Position numbers and translations under genes: made by a program. Of a stretch of DNA of 64,000 nt, positions 1-9,632 are shown in pieces. The stretch's first letter is position 1, and each line of letters opens with the position of its first letter. Origin of the DNA: Nitrososphaeria archaeon. Lineage in GTDB: Archaea; Thermoproteota; Nitrososphaeria; JACIWG01. Under the pieces are notes generated by a model. It saw nothing but the letters and a program-made list of their open reading frames with translations. It did no database searches and had not been told where the DNA came from. The stretch covers positions 1 to 64,000 of the forward strand of contig CAVVXT010000012.1 of assembly GCA_963752255.1 (NCBI GenBank), read 5' to 3'.

Positions 1-907
1 CAGAGGTTGCATGCTGTAAATAATTTGTGTATAATTTTATTGCATCAGCACCAGCAGGACTTAAAATGTTATTAGATATAGCGGCTTGTGAACATGTATA
101 ACCAGTCATACCTGTTAATGCCACACTATCGTCCCCTGTATTTGTAATAATATTATCTAATATTAGATGATTGCTTCCTCCATAAACATGATAACCATCT
201 TGATACGTATCGTGTATATAATTATTGTGAAAATGAACGTTAGAACAAGGTTTCCACGGAACAGCATCTGCATTATTAGTGATAGAACCACCCACATTTA
301 TAGCAAATGACCCTGTCTTAGTCACTTCTAAACCTGCCATTTCAACGTTTGTGCTATTTAACACTGCTAAACCATAACATGTATTATCATCGCCCCCAAA
401 TTTGTTACAATTTCTATCTAATTTCATATTTAGCAATTTTACTCTGTCTGAACCTGATACAGTTAAAAGAGGATTAGATGAATTTGGAGGAGTAGATGTA
501 AGCACTGTTGAACCATCTCCCTCTATAATGAGTTTTTGAACACCGTCTATAAGAATATTTTTAGTTACAGAAAATGGACCTTTTATACTTATTTTTCCAC
601 CACTTGAACTTAAAGCAGTTACCACACCTATAAGAACTGTAGCAAAATCGGTATTTGTATATTCACTGTCTATTGCACCTGTCAATCCATTTTTAGCCAC
701 AACATTAGAACCATTTTGAAATATTTCGTACGTTGAATCTGTTGCAAATGAACCATTAGAAATAGGTATCTGAGAACTTTGAGCTTTAACAACGTCTAAT
801 TTACTACCTACAACAAAAGATGCACCAATAGCCCCACCTACACCTAAAGTCTTCAAAAATTTCCTTCTATCTGATTTCTTATTTATCCTATCATCTATAG
901 ATTCCAT
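1..907 (-). CDS. Tat-exported right-handed beta-helix (pectate-lyase-like) protein; 3' end runs off the window
   Basis: Read by hand, absent from the ORF track. ATG at 907 gives MESIDDRINKKSDRRKFLKTLGVGGAIGASFVVGSKLDVVKA (twin-arginine motif, h-region, VKA cleavage-like site). It continues with Asn-rich repeats such as NVHFHNNYIHDTYQDGYHV and NHLILDNIITNTGDDSVAL, and the frame is open to position 1. Confidence 0.8.
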   Translation of the reverse strand, partial: MESIDDRINKKSDRRKFLKTLGVGGAIGASFVVGSKLDVVKAQSSQIPISNGSFATDSTYEIFQNGSNVVAKNGLTGAIDSEYTNTDFATVLIGVVTALSSSGGKISIKGPFSVTKNILIDGVQKLIIEGDGSTVLTSTPPNSSNPLLTVSGSDRVKLLNMKLDRNCNKFGGDDNTCYGLAVLNSTNVEMAGLEVTKTGSFAINVGGSITNNADAVPWKPCSNVHFHNNYIHDTYQDGYHVYGGSNHLILDNIITNTGDDSVALTGMTGYTCSQAAISNNILSPAGADAIKLYTNYLQHATS

Positions 908-1898
908 TATCTTCGCCTTTTCATACCTTTATCGCACCGCCCTCTTCAGAACAGAATAGCATACGGTTACGTAGATAATTGAGCAAGTTGAAAACGATAT
1001 TAAAAAGAGAACAACAAACAAGCTCATCAGCATATTAAGAAATCATCTCTCTATATTTTCTTCCGTAAGATAATTGCAAGTATACCAAAATCATATTTAT
1101 ATAAATCTTATTTAATATACCGAAATCATATTTAGTATACCATTATATCTATAAAATTTCACAAATCTTTTATTATTTTATTGTGAAAATATCCATAATA
1201 TATTTCCTTTTAAAATTAGTTCTGACGTCATTTATTGACATAGACTCTAGTATCTGTCTGAGTTTGGTTATCCAATTTGTAAATTTAAGGACATGTTAAA
1301 GGAACATCTTAAAGAACGTTAAATAATCCTTTAACCTTTAAATTTAATGGCCTTCTTAAGAGCATTTAGGAAGATAGGAATCTTAAGGGGTTCAAGTGGG
1401 AACAGGCAGTAATTAATGGTAAGGATAGGTAAATAACTTTGAATATCTAAAATTGCCATATACTTCAAGACATAAAGGTTACCTCAACAGAAAATAGGTG
1501 GTGTTTATATGGCCGAGGAGTTTAAAGCTAAGATACAATTCTATAGAGTTAATACAATAAGATCGAGTTTAATAATTCAACCTCTTATCCCCGCTCCTTT
1601 TAATAGTTCTCATCCCCTTAAACCAAAAATGACAATAAAATCGGATGATGCCCCAGTACAATATTAAGGTCTATAAAGCGTAAAAAGTTTTGACAAAAAA
1701 GCTGGGGCCCAAAAATATTCGCACGTGTACAACGCTTTTTTTCTATTTCTTTATTGCTCTGGGGCATTTGCAGGGTTTTTCTGGAGATAGGGTACCCTAT
1801 TGTCAAGTATGGCAATTGTCCAAATGATGGCGGATGATCAACGCTGATTGATGGATTTTGACGGTTGTTGACGGTTGATGATAGGTGTTGACGTTGAC

Positions 1899-2078
1899 GG
1901 GGCTGCGTACGCGCTTTATGTCAAGACTTATGGATTTCCAGCATCAGTTTTTCGATAAGGCTTAATGGCTGGCTGAGCAACTTGGATAGTGGCCCAAGTT
2001 CTTTTAGCATCCCTTTTATGTTTTCTATGTCCGCTCTGTTTACCGCTCCTATGGGCGGAGCTAATAGTATGCATGCTG
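1899..2078 (-). repeat. Direct-repeat copy of the 3' end plus 22 nt downstream of the flippase gene at 39858-40037
   Basis: Ungapped manual alignment gives 157/180 identical bases. It encodes IGAVNRADIENIKGMLKELGPLSKLLSQPLSLIEKLMLEIHKS versus IGAVKRADIENIKEMIKGLGPLSKLLSLPLSLIEKLMLKIHKT. Confidence 0.95.
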
Positions 2079-2222
2079 TTTCTTCCCAGCATATTATAAA
2101 TGGAGGTGGAATACATTCAACTTTAATCATAATATCCTTTACTTCTTTAAGGCGGCCCTCATTATGTACAAAGTTTTTGGGCAAGAGTAAATAGAGCCAT
2201 TCAACATGTTCACGTAAACTAT

Positions 2223-2243
2223 GGCTATGTGATCCTCAGATTC
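2223..2243. repeat. 21-bp perfect inverted repeat, left copy (partner at 6876-6896)
   Basis: ggctatgtgatcctcagattc is the exact reverse complement of gaatctgaggatcacatagcc at 6876-6896. Confidence 0.9.
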
Positions 2244-2462
2244 TTTTATTGGAATGGAAATGGGAAGAAAAGTAGGTTTGAATACAATTGCTCCTATGGG
2301 AAACCTTGATGAGCTGTAATCGCTCAGGATGAGTCCATAAGTTGCTCTATTTAATCCCACAAATAAAATGCGGTATTGCTTCCCGTTCTTATTCAACAAT
2401 TAATTTCTACGCCACAAACATACAAATAAGCAGAACGTTGTAATTTCATTAACACGCAAGAT

Positions 2463-3128
2463 TCAGACGGCCCAGCTTACATCCTCTTTGATAATTCTTG
2501 CGGGGATGCCAGCGACCAAACATGCGTCAGGCACATCTTTAGTGACTACTGCCCCTGTGGCCACCACTGCGCCGTCGCCTATCCTGACACCTTTCAAAAT
2601 TACGGCTCTACTACCAATCCAGACATTGCAACCGATTAAGACTGGCTTGGAAACTGTAAAATCATCACGAATGATTCTATGGAAATCAGTGTCTCTTATT
2701 TCAACATCATATGAAATGAGTGAACTATCACCAACAGTAATATAGTCCGCACAAATAATTTTAGAATCCGAACCAACATGTATTTGGTCACCAAATTCTA
2801 AGGTTCCGCCTTCGGCGATGAGAATTTTAGTGCCGTTCCCAACGCGAACGGACCCGTTGACTATCATTTTGCTGTTCTCACGCATTTCGAATGTGCAGGG
2901 ACTGTTGGACACAAAACTGGTCGCGTAAATGCCTAGAGTAAACATGCCTTTATTGACTATCCGAGCGCTTTTGTGAACCTCTACCGCTGCGTTTCCATTC
3001 ACTAGGAAGCAGCTTAAACCTTTGCCATTATCACCTGCTCTTGTCCGAGAATAAACATATCTGCTCTTAAGAAGTGTTCTCACGCCGATTCTATTAGAAA
3101 TCATTTTCCTTAGTTTGACCACACTCAC
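2463..3128 (-). CDS. Hexapeptide-repeat (LbH) O-acyltransferase, maltose/galactoside acetyltransferase-like
   Basis: 221-aa ORF with DTDFH and IGCNVWIGSRAVILKGVRIGDGAVVATGAVVTKDV...AGIPARII. Confidence 0.9.
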   Translation of the reverse strand: MSVVKLRKMISNRIGVRTLLKSRYVYSRTRAGDNGKGLSCFLVNGNAAVEVHKSARIVNKGMFTLGIYATSFVSNSPCTFEMRENSKMIVNGSVRVGNGTKILIAEGGTLEFGDQIHVGSDSKIICADYITVGDSSLISYDVEIRDTDFHRIIRDDFTVSKPVLIGCNVWIGSRAVILKGVRIGDGAVVATGAVVTKDVPDACLVAGIPARIIKEDVSWAV

Positions 3129-3666
3129 ACGGTGTATTAACTTCTTGTCGGTTTTTAAGTTTTAAGCTGTAACCTTAGTATTTGAGTATAGTGGTGGCGG
3201 GCCCGCTGCGCGCATGGCTGTTCCTAAATTAGTTCACGAAGTACCCTTATGCTTCTGGATTTATCTACTTTGTGAGTGTTTACGCGCGCGCTAACTCGGC
3301 TCAGTTGGCAACGCGGCTACAAGATTATTAATCGTATTTCTTGGCTACCCATCTTAGCTTGTCCTACTCAGCCATGTTCACTGCCCCAGAACTGAAAATC
3401 ATCAGAATCAAAAATGACACTCTTTAAGACAATATAAGACTTCTCAGCTAAGAGCTTAAAGCTATCGAGAGTATGAATGAAAAAATGACGCGGGACATTT
3501 ATCTCAACCCAATCGACATCAAGCGATTCCAAATGTATTCGGTTCTTTAAAAGGTCTGCTTACAATTACAAAGCGAGCATGCTTAGGTGTTATTGACCTA
3601 ATTCTGGGAAACTTCTGTTTGATGAGCTTAACCCTAAAGTCTTTATCTTACTTACTATCTGTTGTC

Positions 3667-4461
3667 TTAACTACGCTGGAAGGATAATGTTTTCAAGAGA
3701 AGCTTCAACCATGTTCTTCGACCAAATAAGAAGGGGCTAACAGCCAGCTCGCAGCCCCTACATAGAACGTCACCGTCTAATGCGAGCATGTTTCTCTGGA
3801 TGCGCTTAAAACCTTTAGAGTTCGAAATATCCATATAGTTCTGCTTAAGCAGATTTCCCAAGAGATGTTTTAGTCCGAAGTCCTGGGGGCATAAGACTAT
3901 ATCACAGTTAGGGAGCATCACGAAGTCTGGATGAGCGAGGTAAGGGCAGTAGAAGAACCCTTTTCTATGAAAGCGTTTACCCCCTCTCGATAGACCTGCC
4001 CTCCCTATATTTTTAAAGTTATTGTTCATAATGGAGAATGCATCAATCCTTAAAATTGTTAGAACCTCGGTTAAAGTTTCTCGGTACTCTTCCGTAATTG
4101 GGATCTTCGCGTGCCCCAAGTTGTCTGGAAGATGCAGGGTAAAGCGCTCTATGTTCAGCTTCGCAAGCCGTTTAACATCTTCAGGCTTTAATCCGACCAG
4201 AGTAGAGAAAATGTGGACTTGGTGCCCTCTCCCCCTCGCGTACTCTATCATATCAATCGCGTATGGGTTGATGAAAGGCTCGTTGAAACCTGAAAAGATG
4301 ATTGTAACATCATTCGGCACATTCGATAAAGCAGACTTAAGATCTTCCAGCGAAAGAAACCTAACACCCTTATAGGCTTTCTGGTAGAACTCTTGAGGGC
4401 AGAAGTAACAGTTATTAGGACAAAAACCTGCAGTCGAAACTTCTAAAACATCATCCACCAT
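3667..4461 (-). CDS. Radical SAM protein with SPASM/twitch-like domain
   Basis: CPNNCYFC (CxxxCxxC), SGFNEP, and C-terminal Cys motifs CPYL...VLCPQD...LLGNL...CRGC. Confidence 0.85.
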   Translation of the reverse strand: MVDDVLEVSTAGFCPNNCYFCPQEFYQKAYKGVRFLSLEDLKSALSNVPNDVTIIFSGFNEPFINPYAIDMIEYARGRGHQVHIFSTLVGLKPEDVKRLAKLNIERFTLHLPDNLGHAKIPITEEYRETLTEVLTILRIDAFSIMNNNFKNIGRAGLSRGGKRFHRKGFFYCPYLAHPDFVMLPNCDIVLCPQDFGLKHLLGNLLKQNYMDISNSKGFKRIQRNMLALDGDVLCRGCELAVSPFLFGRRTWLKLLLKTLSFQRS

Positions 4462-5394
4462 AAAACATCATTTCTTCCATATCATAACGTCTATTTCATT
4501 GGGGATGTTGAAGAATAGATACTCCGTTAAAACGTGGGTTCTAATTTTGCAAGGATAGTTTCTAAGAATTTGTTCGTTTAGAACGTCTCTAATTGGTAAT
4601 ATGGAAGAAGGTGAATGGAAGAAGAACTGTAATCGACCTTTTTCTTCAAGATTATTGTATGTTATTCCATTTTCTAGCATAATATATATAGAGTTATATC
4701 ATTAACCTATTATTTTAGCTTTACCACCAAAGAGGAAGAGTTAGTAGCAAATTAAGGATAATAATGTTTGGCTCAATTGGATAATCAAAAAAAAGTTAGC
4801 TCAAACTTTTTTAGTCGGCTCAACTTTATATTGTCCTGTATGAGAGCGAAGTGATAATAAATATTGCGCGGGGGGATCTACCCGAGCATATCAGAGGAAT
4901 GTTTGCGCTAATTGTGCAAGCAGATTTTTGTTTGATCCGGAATTATCCACTATTATCGACGGATATTTAATTTACTAAAAATGTTAATGCGACAAAATCG
5001 GTTAAGTTTATATAATTATTATCAATGTAGCTATGGGAATTGTTGAACTTGTAATTAATGAAGTAGTTGTAATTACAAATATTTGTCGTAGTTGATATAC
5101 TTGTCATAGTTGATATATAGGAGTTATAGCAGTGCCATTACTTCTAAATAATCCAACTATCCCAAACATATTAAACCTTAATGATATATTTCTTACATAT
5201 GATATATTCAAAAACAGATTGTCTTCTATATTCTCAGCATGTGAAACTTGAGCTATATTCGTTCCAAACAATGTCAATACTTCATTTACAATAAATGACC
5301 TTGCTATTTGTAAATTTGTTGATAATGATAAAATGTCTGAAATAGTTTTATTCATTCCTATACTATTAACAGTCACAACAGTCAATATTGTTTC

Positions 5395-5526
5395 TGGTGT
5401 GGTTAGTACAGTAATTAAGTCATTGTTTCTTACACTCAACAAGCTTAGCATTAAGTGTGTAGTGTACTCTGCTTCTCCACCTTGCGGCCAGTACTTTTCA
5501 GAAATTACAAAAATTTTGGTTGTCAT
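5395..5526 (-). pseudogene. 5' fragment of a GT4 gene, duplicating the start of the GT4 at 14029-15251
   Basis: MTTKIFVISEKYWPQGGEAEYTTHLML versus TTTKILVISEKYWPQGGGAEYATHLIL at 15251. After about 44 codons it runs into unrelated AT-rich sequence. Confidence 0.85.
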
Positions 5527-5668
5527 CTAAATCTTCTTAATATCTATATAAAGTTAGTTTAAAAAGTGCTCACGTCGTTCTACTTCAACGAACTGCTGGG
5601 TTGAGCGGGATATAGCGACAAGCGAAATATTCATTAGAACCAGTTATTACTATTAAGCGAGTTAACAG

Positions 5669-6844
5669 ATGAAGGTATCAGCAAGAATAATCACTAATCC
5701 CGAGGAGTTATCGGAAGATGAAAATGATTTGGACGTTTTTCTGAAAGAATGCAGTGAAAATCCTTTCACGCTTTTACCGTTCATAAGAAACGCAATGGAA
5801 CGAGATGCCTCTATAAATCAGGTTCCCGCTATCATAATCGTAAGAGTTGATGGGGAAATTGTCGGGTTAGCCCCATTGATTCTAAAGCGACATCTTGGAA
5901 TTCGCTATGCTGAATTTCTCACTGAATATTGGACTTCCCCACATTTTGTTATAAAGGACAATTATGAATCGATGACTATGGAAACTGTACTTCATTTAGT
6001 TCTTAAGAGATTAAACTCCAAGTTTATAGTCTTAAACTTGAATAGCGACTCACCAAATCTCCGTGATTTGAAGCGTGTATGTGTGTCAAACAATATCCCC
6101 TTTTTTGAGCATTCGCACCAGTTCATGGATTATGGGATAATTTCAGCTAATTGCTCCTGGGATGACTATAAAAAATTCTGTGGCCTTCATTTTAGGAAAG
6201 AACTTAGATATATCGAAAACAAAATGAATAAAGTAGGTAAATGGAAACTAACGGTAGTTGAGAACTATAATGAATGCAGTGAAGAGGCTATATATGACAA
6301 GATACTAGCTATTGAAAAGCTGAGTTGGAAAGAAAAACATAGACAACTCACAGGGGAAACGATTGATAATTCTATAATATGGTTCCTAAAGTCATCATCA
6401 TCAACAAACAACAATATCATAATCCTAGGGCGAAAAATTTGGTTCCTAGAACTCAATAACCAGCCTGTTGCCTACACAATGGTCTTACAGTACAAAGGAA
6501 CCGCCTACATCGTAAAGACATCTTTCGTTGAAGAATATAGGAAGTTAAGTTTGGGAAAGTTCGTCATGTATGCTACAATTAAAGATTTGTTTGACAAGAA
6601 GGAGGTTCAAAAGATAGACTTTTTGACTTATCTTACCCTAGTAGAATTTTGGAGAGCTAATTGTTTGAAGAGAGTTAGAATCAGATTAGGTAGTGGAATA
6701 ATTATAAATTTAGCATATGCCAGATCAATTTTTAGAACAGCAGTCGCACGTTTAAATCACGATAACAGATGTGCATATGCTGCACCCACAGCTCGAACAC
6801 AACTCAATGAGGGCAAGAGAAAAAGCATTTTTCACCTACCTTAA
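5669..6844 (+). CDS. GNAT-fold acetyltransferase (CelD/BcsL-like)
   Basis: 391 aa with IVGLAPL, IEKLSWK, LELNNQPVAY and KTSFVEEYRKLSLGK...IDFL. It is the only long plus-strand gene in the window. Confidence 0.85.
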   Translation: MKVSARIITNPEELSEDENDLDVFLKECSENPFTLLPFIRNAMERDASINQVPAIIIVRVDGEIVGLAPLILKRHLGIRYAEFLTEYWTSPHFVIKDNYESMTMETVLHLVLKRLNSKFIVLNLNSDSPNLRDLKRVCVSNNIPFFEHSHQFMDYGIISANCSWDDYKKFCGLHFRKELRYIENKMNKVGKWKLTVVENYNECSEEAIYDKILAIEKLSWKEKHRQLTGETIDNSIIWFLKSSSSTNNNIIILGRKIWFLELNNQPVAYTMVLQYKGTAYIVKTSFVEEYRKLSLGKFVMYATIKDLFDKKEVQKIDFLTYLTLVEFWRANCLKRVRIRLGSGIIINLAYARSIFRTAVARLNHDNRCAYAAPTARTQLNEGKRKSIFHLP

Positions 6845-6875
6845 TGCTGACGTAGTGTAGAATTTACGAATGAAT

Positions 6876-6896
6876 GAATCTGAGGATCACATAGCC
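6876..6896. repeat. 21-bp perfect inverted repeat, right copy (partner at 2223-2243)
   Basis: Exact reverse complement of 2223-2243. Confidence 0.9.
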
Positions 6897-6969
6897 TTTG
6901 AACTACGGTTCATGGTATACCCCTATAAGAAGGAGATAGCTTCGTTCTTGGGGTTCATACACCGGCGGT

Positions 6970-7200
6970 AGCGAAGACACAGAAGATCTAGTGATGGTCA
7001 TTGGAAACAAGAATGCGAGTAAATTATTAGAAAAAGCTATTCAAATAAGTGAACCAAAATACGATATAAAAGGAAGACCTTATCAAGCAGTATCGACTTC
7101 GATGGAAGAACTGCTTGGAATTTCAGGATCAATTCAAATGAGTATTACACCAAGATTTATCAGAGGCGAACAAAAATATCAACCTAAAAATATGGGGAAG
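6970..7200 (+). pseudogene. Probable C-terminal fragment of an Nmad3-like (nucleotide-modification-associated) protein
   Basis: SEDTEDLVMVIGNKNASKLLEKAIQISEPKYDIKGRPYQAVSTSMEELLGISGSIQMSITPRFI. The family is recognised from memory only, and no matching N-terminal half is present. Confidence 0.35.
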
Positions 7201-7419
7201 GCCATGGTGGTTGTTGCAAAGAGCGTTTTAAAAGCCAAGTTTAATCCTCGACTTTTTTTGATTATCGATATATTTAACATTATAGCCTACGTCATTTTTT
7301 TTTCTTCTTACCACTCGTAAGCAATATGAGCACGGTAACACTTATCAATTGTGGAATGGCTTAGCCTGGAAGATGCTATAAAGATCGTAGGGATCGTCGC
7401 TGATGATATTTTTTTTTAC

Positions 7420-7575
7420 TTAACCCAAGACGAATAAAACAATGCCGCAGACAGTTCTCAGTAATCTTCCTACTTGAAAGTACCAGGGATGTTTGTCGTA
7501 CCACCAGTACCAGATGTTTGAGGCTCCCTCTATTGCTACGAAGGCTCCTATTCCCTTGACTATCATTGAGAACAT
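7420..7575 (-). CDS. 51-aa small membrane protein of unknown function
   Basis: Below the ORF-track cutoff: MFSMIVKGIGAFVAIEGASNIWYWWYDKHPWYFQVGRLLRTVCGIVLFVLG*. It has two hydrophobic stretches and an aromatic loop. Confidence 0.55.
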   Translation of the reverse strand: MFSMIVKGIGAFVAIEGASNIWYWWYDKHPWYFQVGRLLRTVCGIVLFVLG

Positions 7576-7698
7576 ACCTTCTTACAGCCCTTCTTCACAG
7601 GCAGATATATAGGGATGGATGTAAAACTTATAACGACACAGTATATTCACGAAATGTGCGCGGAGTGTTTTGACCGATCACCTCCCTAAAAGGTCTGC

Positions 7699-7923
7699 TC
7701 AGCTAAAGAAGGCTAACAGCGCCACAATACCTTCCCTCGTCAGGAAGATTTTACCATCGTATAATTCGACAACGTATCCTTTTTTCTTTAATCCGTTAAG
7801 GTGTTCTAGGCTTGAATATACCTTTTCCTTAAGGATCGCCTTTTTTGGAGAAGTCGCGTTATACATGCAGAATAGTTCCTCAAGGAGTTCGATGTTTAAT
7901 TTTGATCCTGAAATTTCAGTCAT
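7699..7923 (-). CDS. Small winged-helix-like protein
   Basis: 74 aa; HLNGLKKKGYVVELYDGKIFLTREG matches the wHTH helix-plus-wing pattern. Confidence 0.55.
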   Translation of the reverse strand: MTEISGSKLNIELLEELFCMYNATSPKKAILKEKVYSSLEHLNGLKKKGYVVELYDGKIFLTREGIVALLAFFS

Positions 7924-8235
7924 TTTGAAATCCCCATCTCGAGTCCCTTTGCCTTAAAGATCTTAGGCGAGATTATTGATTTTTTGGAATAGAAGGACGT
8001 CATTGGCTGCCAAGTTGTACTACTCTCCCTTGCCATGAAAGATACACAAAACTATTGACTTTACTATCGGTGCTTTATCGCTGGATTGTGCTTCATCACG
8101 CCTAGAAAACTCAATTTCCCTTCCACAACTTTAAAGCCATCCTCGCATATCCTATGTGTTTCAGTCTAGTAGCTCAGCTAAAGAATGCTAACAAATCTTC
8201 CTTCGTTCCGTTAAAAGAATATAGTCTCTCAAATT

Positions 8236-8625
8236 TTAATCAATTCTGTACAAATAGTGAAGCCAATCATTTTCAGCCTTCTCTAGTTTTGATGTGCCAA
8301 CAATCTTTTTCCCGTCTAGACCAATTACCTCGATGGAGTTGAATCCTACAGCAAATAACTGTTCGATCTGATATAAAGGTCGTATATAGTAAGCCATCAA
8401 TTTAAAATCGTGTGCTCCGTCATTGACTATAGCGAAATGGGTAGAATCATGGATATTGATGCCACGATTTACGGGATCGTATAAAACGTTGTATCGGAGT
8501 TTTTTTAACAACTGTACGCGATATGTGAGGTCTTTTTTTATATTGAATGGGAAGTACTTGATTCTTTTTTCAACGATACTTCTTTCTAAAACTTTTAGGT
8601 TACGTGATGAAAAAAAGAAACACCA
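8236..8625 (-). pseudogene. C-terminal remnant of a class I SAM-dependent methyltransferase
   Basis: The frame extends upstream of the track start to (G..F)FSSRNL and ends YYIRPLYQIEQLFAVGF...DWLHYL. There is no SAM-binding N-terminus or start codon. Confidence 0.5.
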
Positions 8626-8761
8626 TGACAGTCTTTCACATCAAATGGTTCATTCGAGAAATAAATTTCTTTTACCTTGAGAAACTTAGAATTTTTTATT
8701 TATTACTAGCATTTTTATCTATAAATTGGTAACTTTAAGATCAACATTTATTAAAGTAGTA

Positions 8762-9502
8762 TTAAAATAGTTTTGTGTTAAGTGTGGAGAAGTATCGGTT
8801 AGCCTCTTGATAGGTGTCCATATTCCCTATATCGTACCAGATGCCTGTTAGAACGAAGCCCTGTACGGCTTCTTCCTTGCTGAGCCATTCGATAAACTTT
8901 CCTGGTGCGTCACAATCTAGTCCGAGATTTACGTATTCATTCAGCCTGTGGAGTGTTTCCTAGGAAAGAGGTATAAGCAGGTTCCTATCAAAGTAGTTTT
9001 TGGTTCCTTCGGTTTCTCAGAAAAGTGTACTATTCTTCCTCCGGAACCTAATACCGCAGAAGAATATCGTTTAACTAACTCAAAGTTTTCAAGGTTATAA
9101 AGTCCTACTAATGGGAGGTGCGAATTATTAAATTTCCAGACTAATCCCTTAAGACTTGATGTGAAGATGTTGTCACCAGCGGCTATTAAGCAGTCGTCGT
9201 CGATCTTTGGTGCCAGTTCTGCCAACGCTCTTATTGCTCCTAGCTTTTCATTTTCAGTATCTAGATGGTTCTATACCCAACTTAATGTTTGTCAGCCACA
9301 TTTGGGAGAGATATTTTTCAAAATTCTCTTGGAATCTTAAGTTAGTTGAGATAATTATTTCCCTGACATTTATGTCAATTATCTTATCAATTAAGTATTC
9401 GATGACTGGTTTACCAGCCACTGGAAGCAGAGGTTTAGGCTTGTCCTTTGTCAACGGCCACAGTCTGGTGCCGTAACCTCCTGCTAAAATTAGTGCCTTC
9501 AT
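8762..9502 (-). CDS. Sugar-1-phosphate nucleotidyltransferase (NDP-sugar synthase) with two frameshifts (~9259, ~8957)
   Basis: MKALILAGGYGTRLWPLT..KPKPLLPV. It continues in other frames as ENEKLGAIRAL..AAGDN and DAPGKFIEWL..WYDIG to TAA at 8762. It is either a pseudogene or an assembly error. Confidence 0.9.
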
Positions 9503-9632
9503 TTAATACACAAAATTTATTTATAATTTATAGAAAGGTCTTAAAGTTGGTTGGTTTATTTAAGTTGAAAATCGATTTTTTCTAATATTTAGGCTTGAAC
9601 TTTGAATTAATAAGATAATATAGGCAGAATAA

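Noticed and set aside
1509-1667. 52-codon ORF MAEEFKAKIQFYRV... behind GGTGGTG, faintly AbrB-like
   Set aside because: The similarity is limited to about 12 residues, too little to call.
1845-1900. Repeated ttga(c/t)g units next to the flippase-tail copy
   Set aside because: Short, irregularly spaced, low-complexity sequence that cannot be assigned a function.
1921-2399. Track ORFs 1921-2184 and 2139-2399 as real genes
   Set aside because: They are chimeric read-throughs of unrelated fragments (flippase tail, ESEDHIA repeat).
4468-5394. AT-rich ORF pieces and a two-copy 18-bp tandem repeat near 5083-5119
   Set aside because: No recognisable motif and broken frames; probably decayed foreign DNA.
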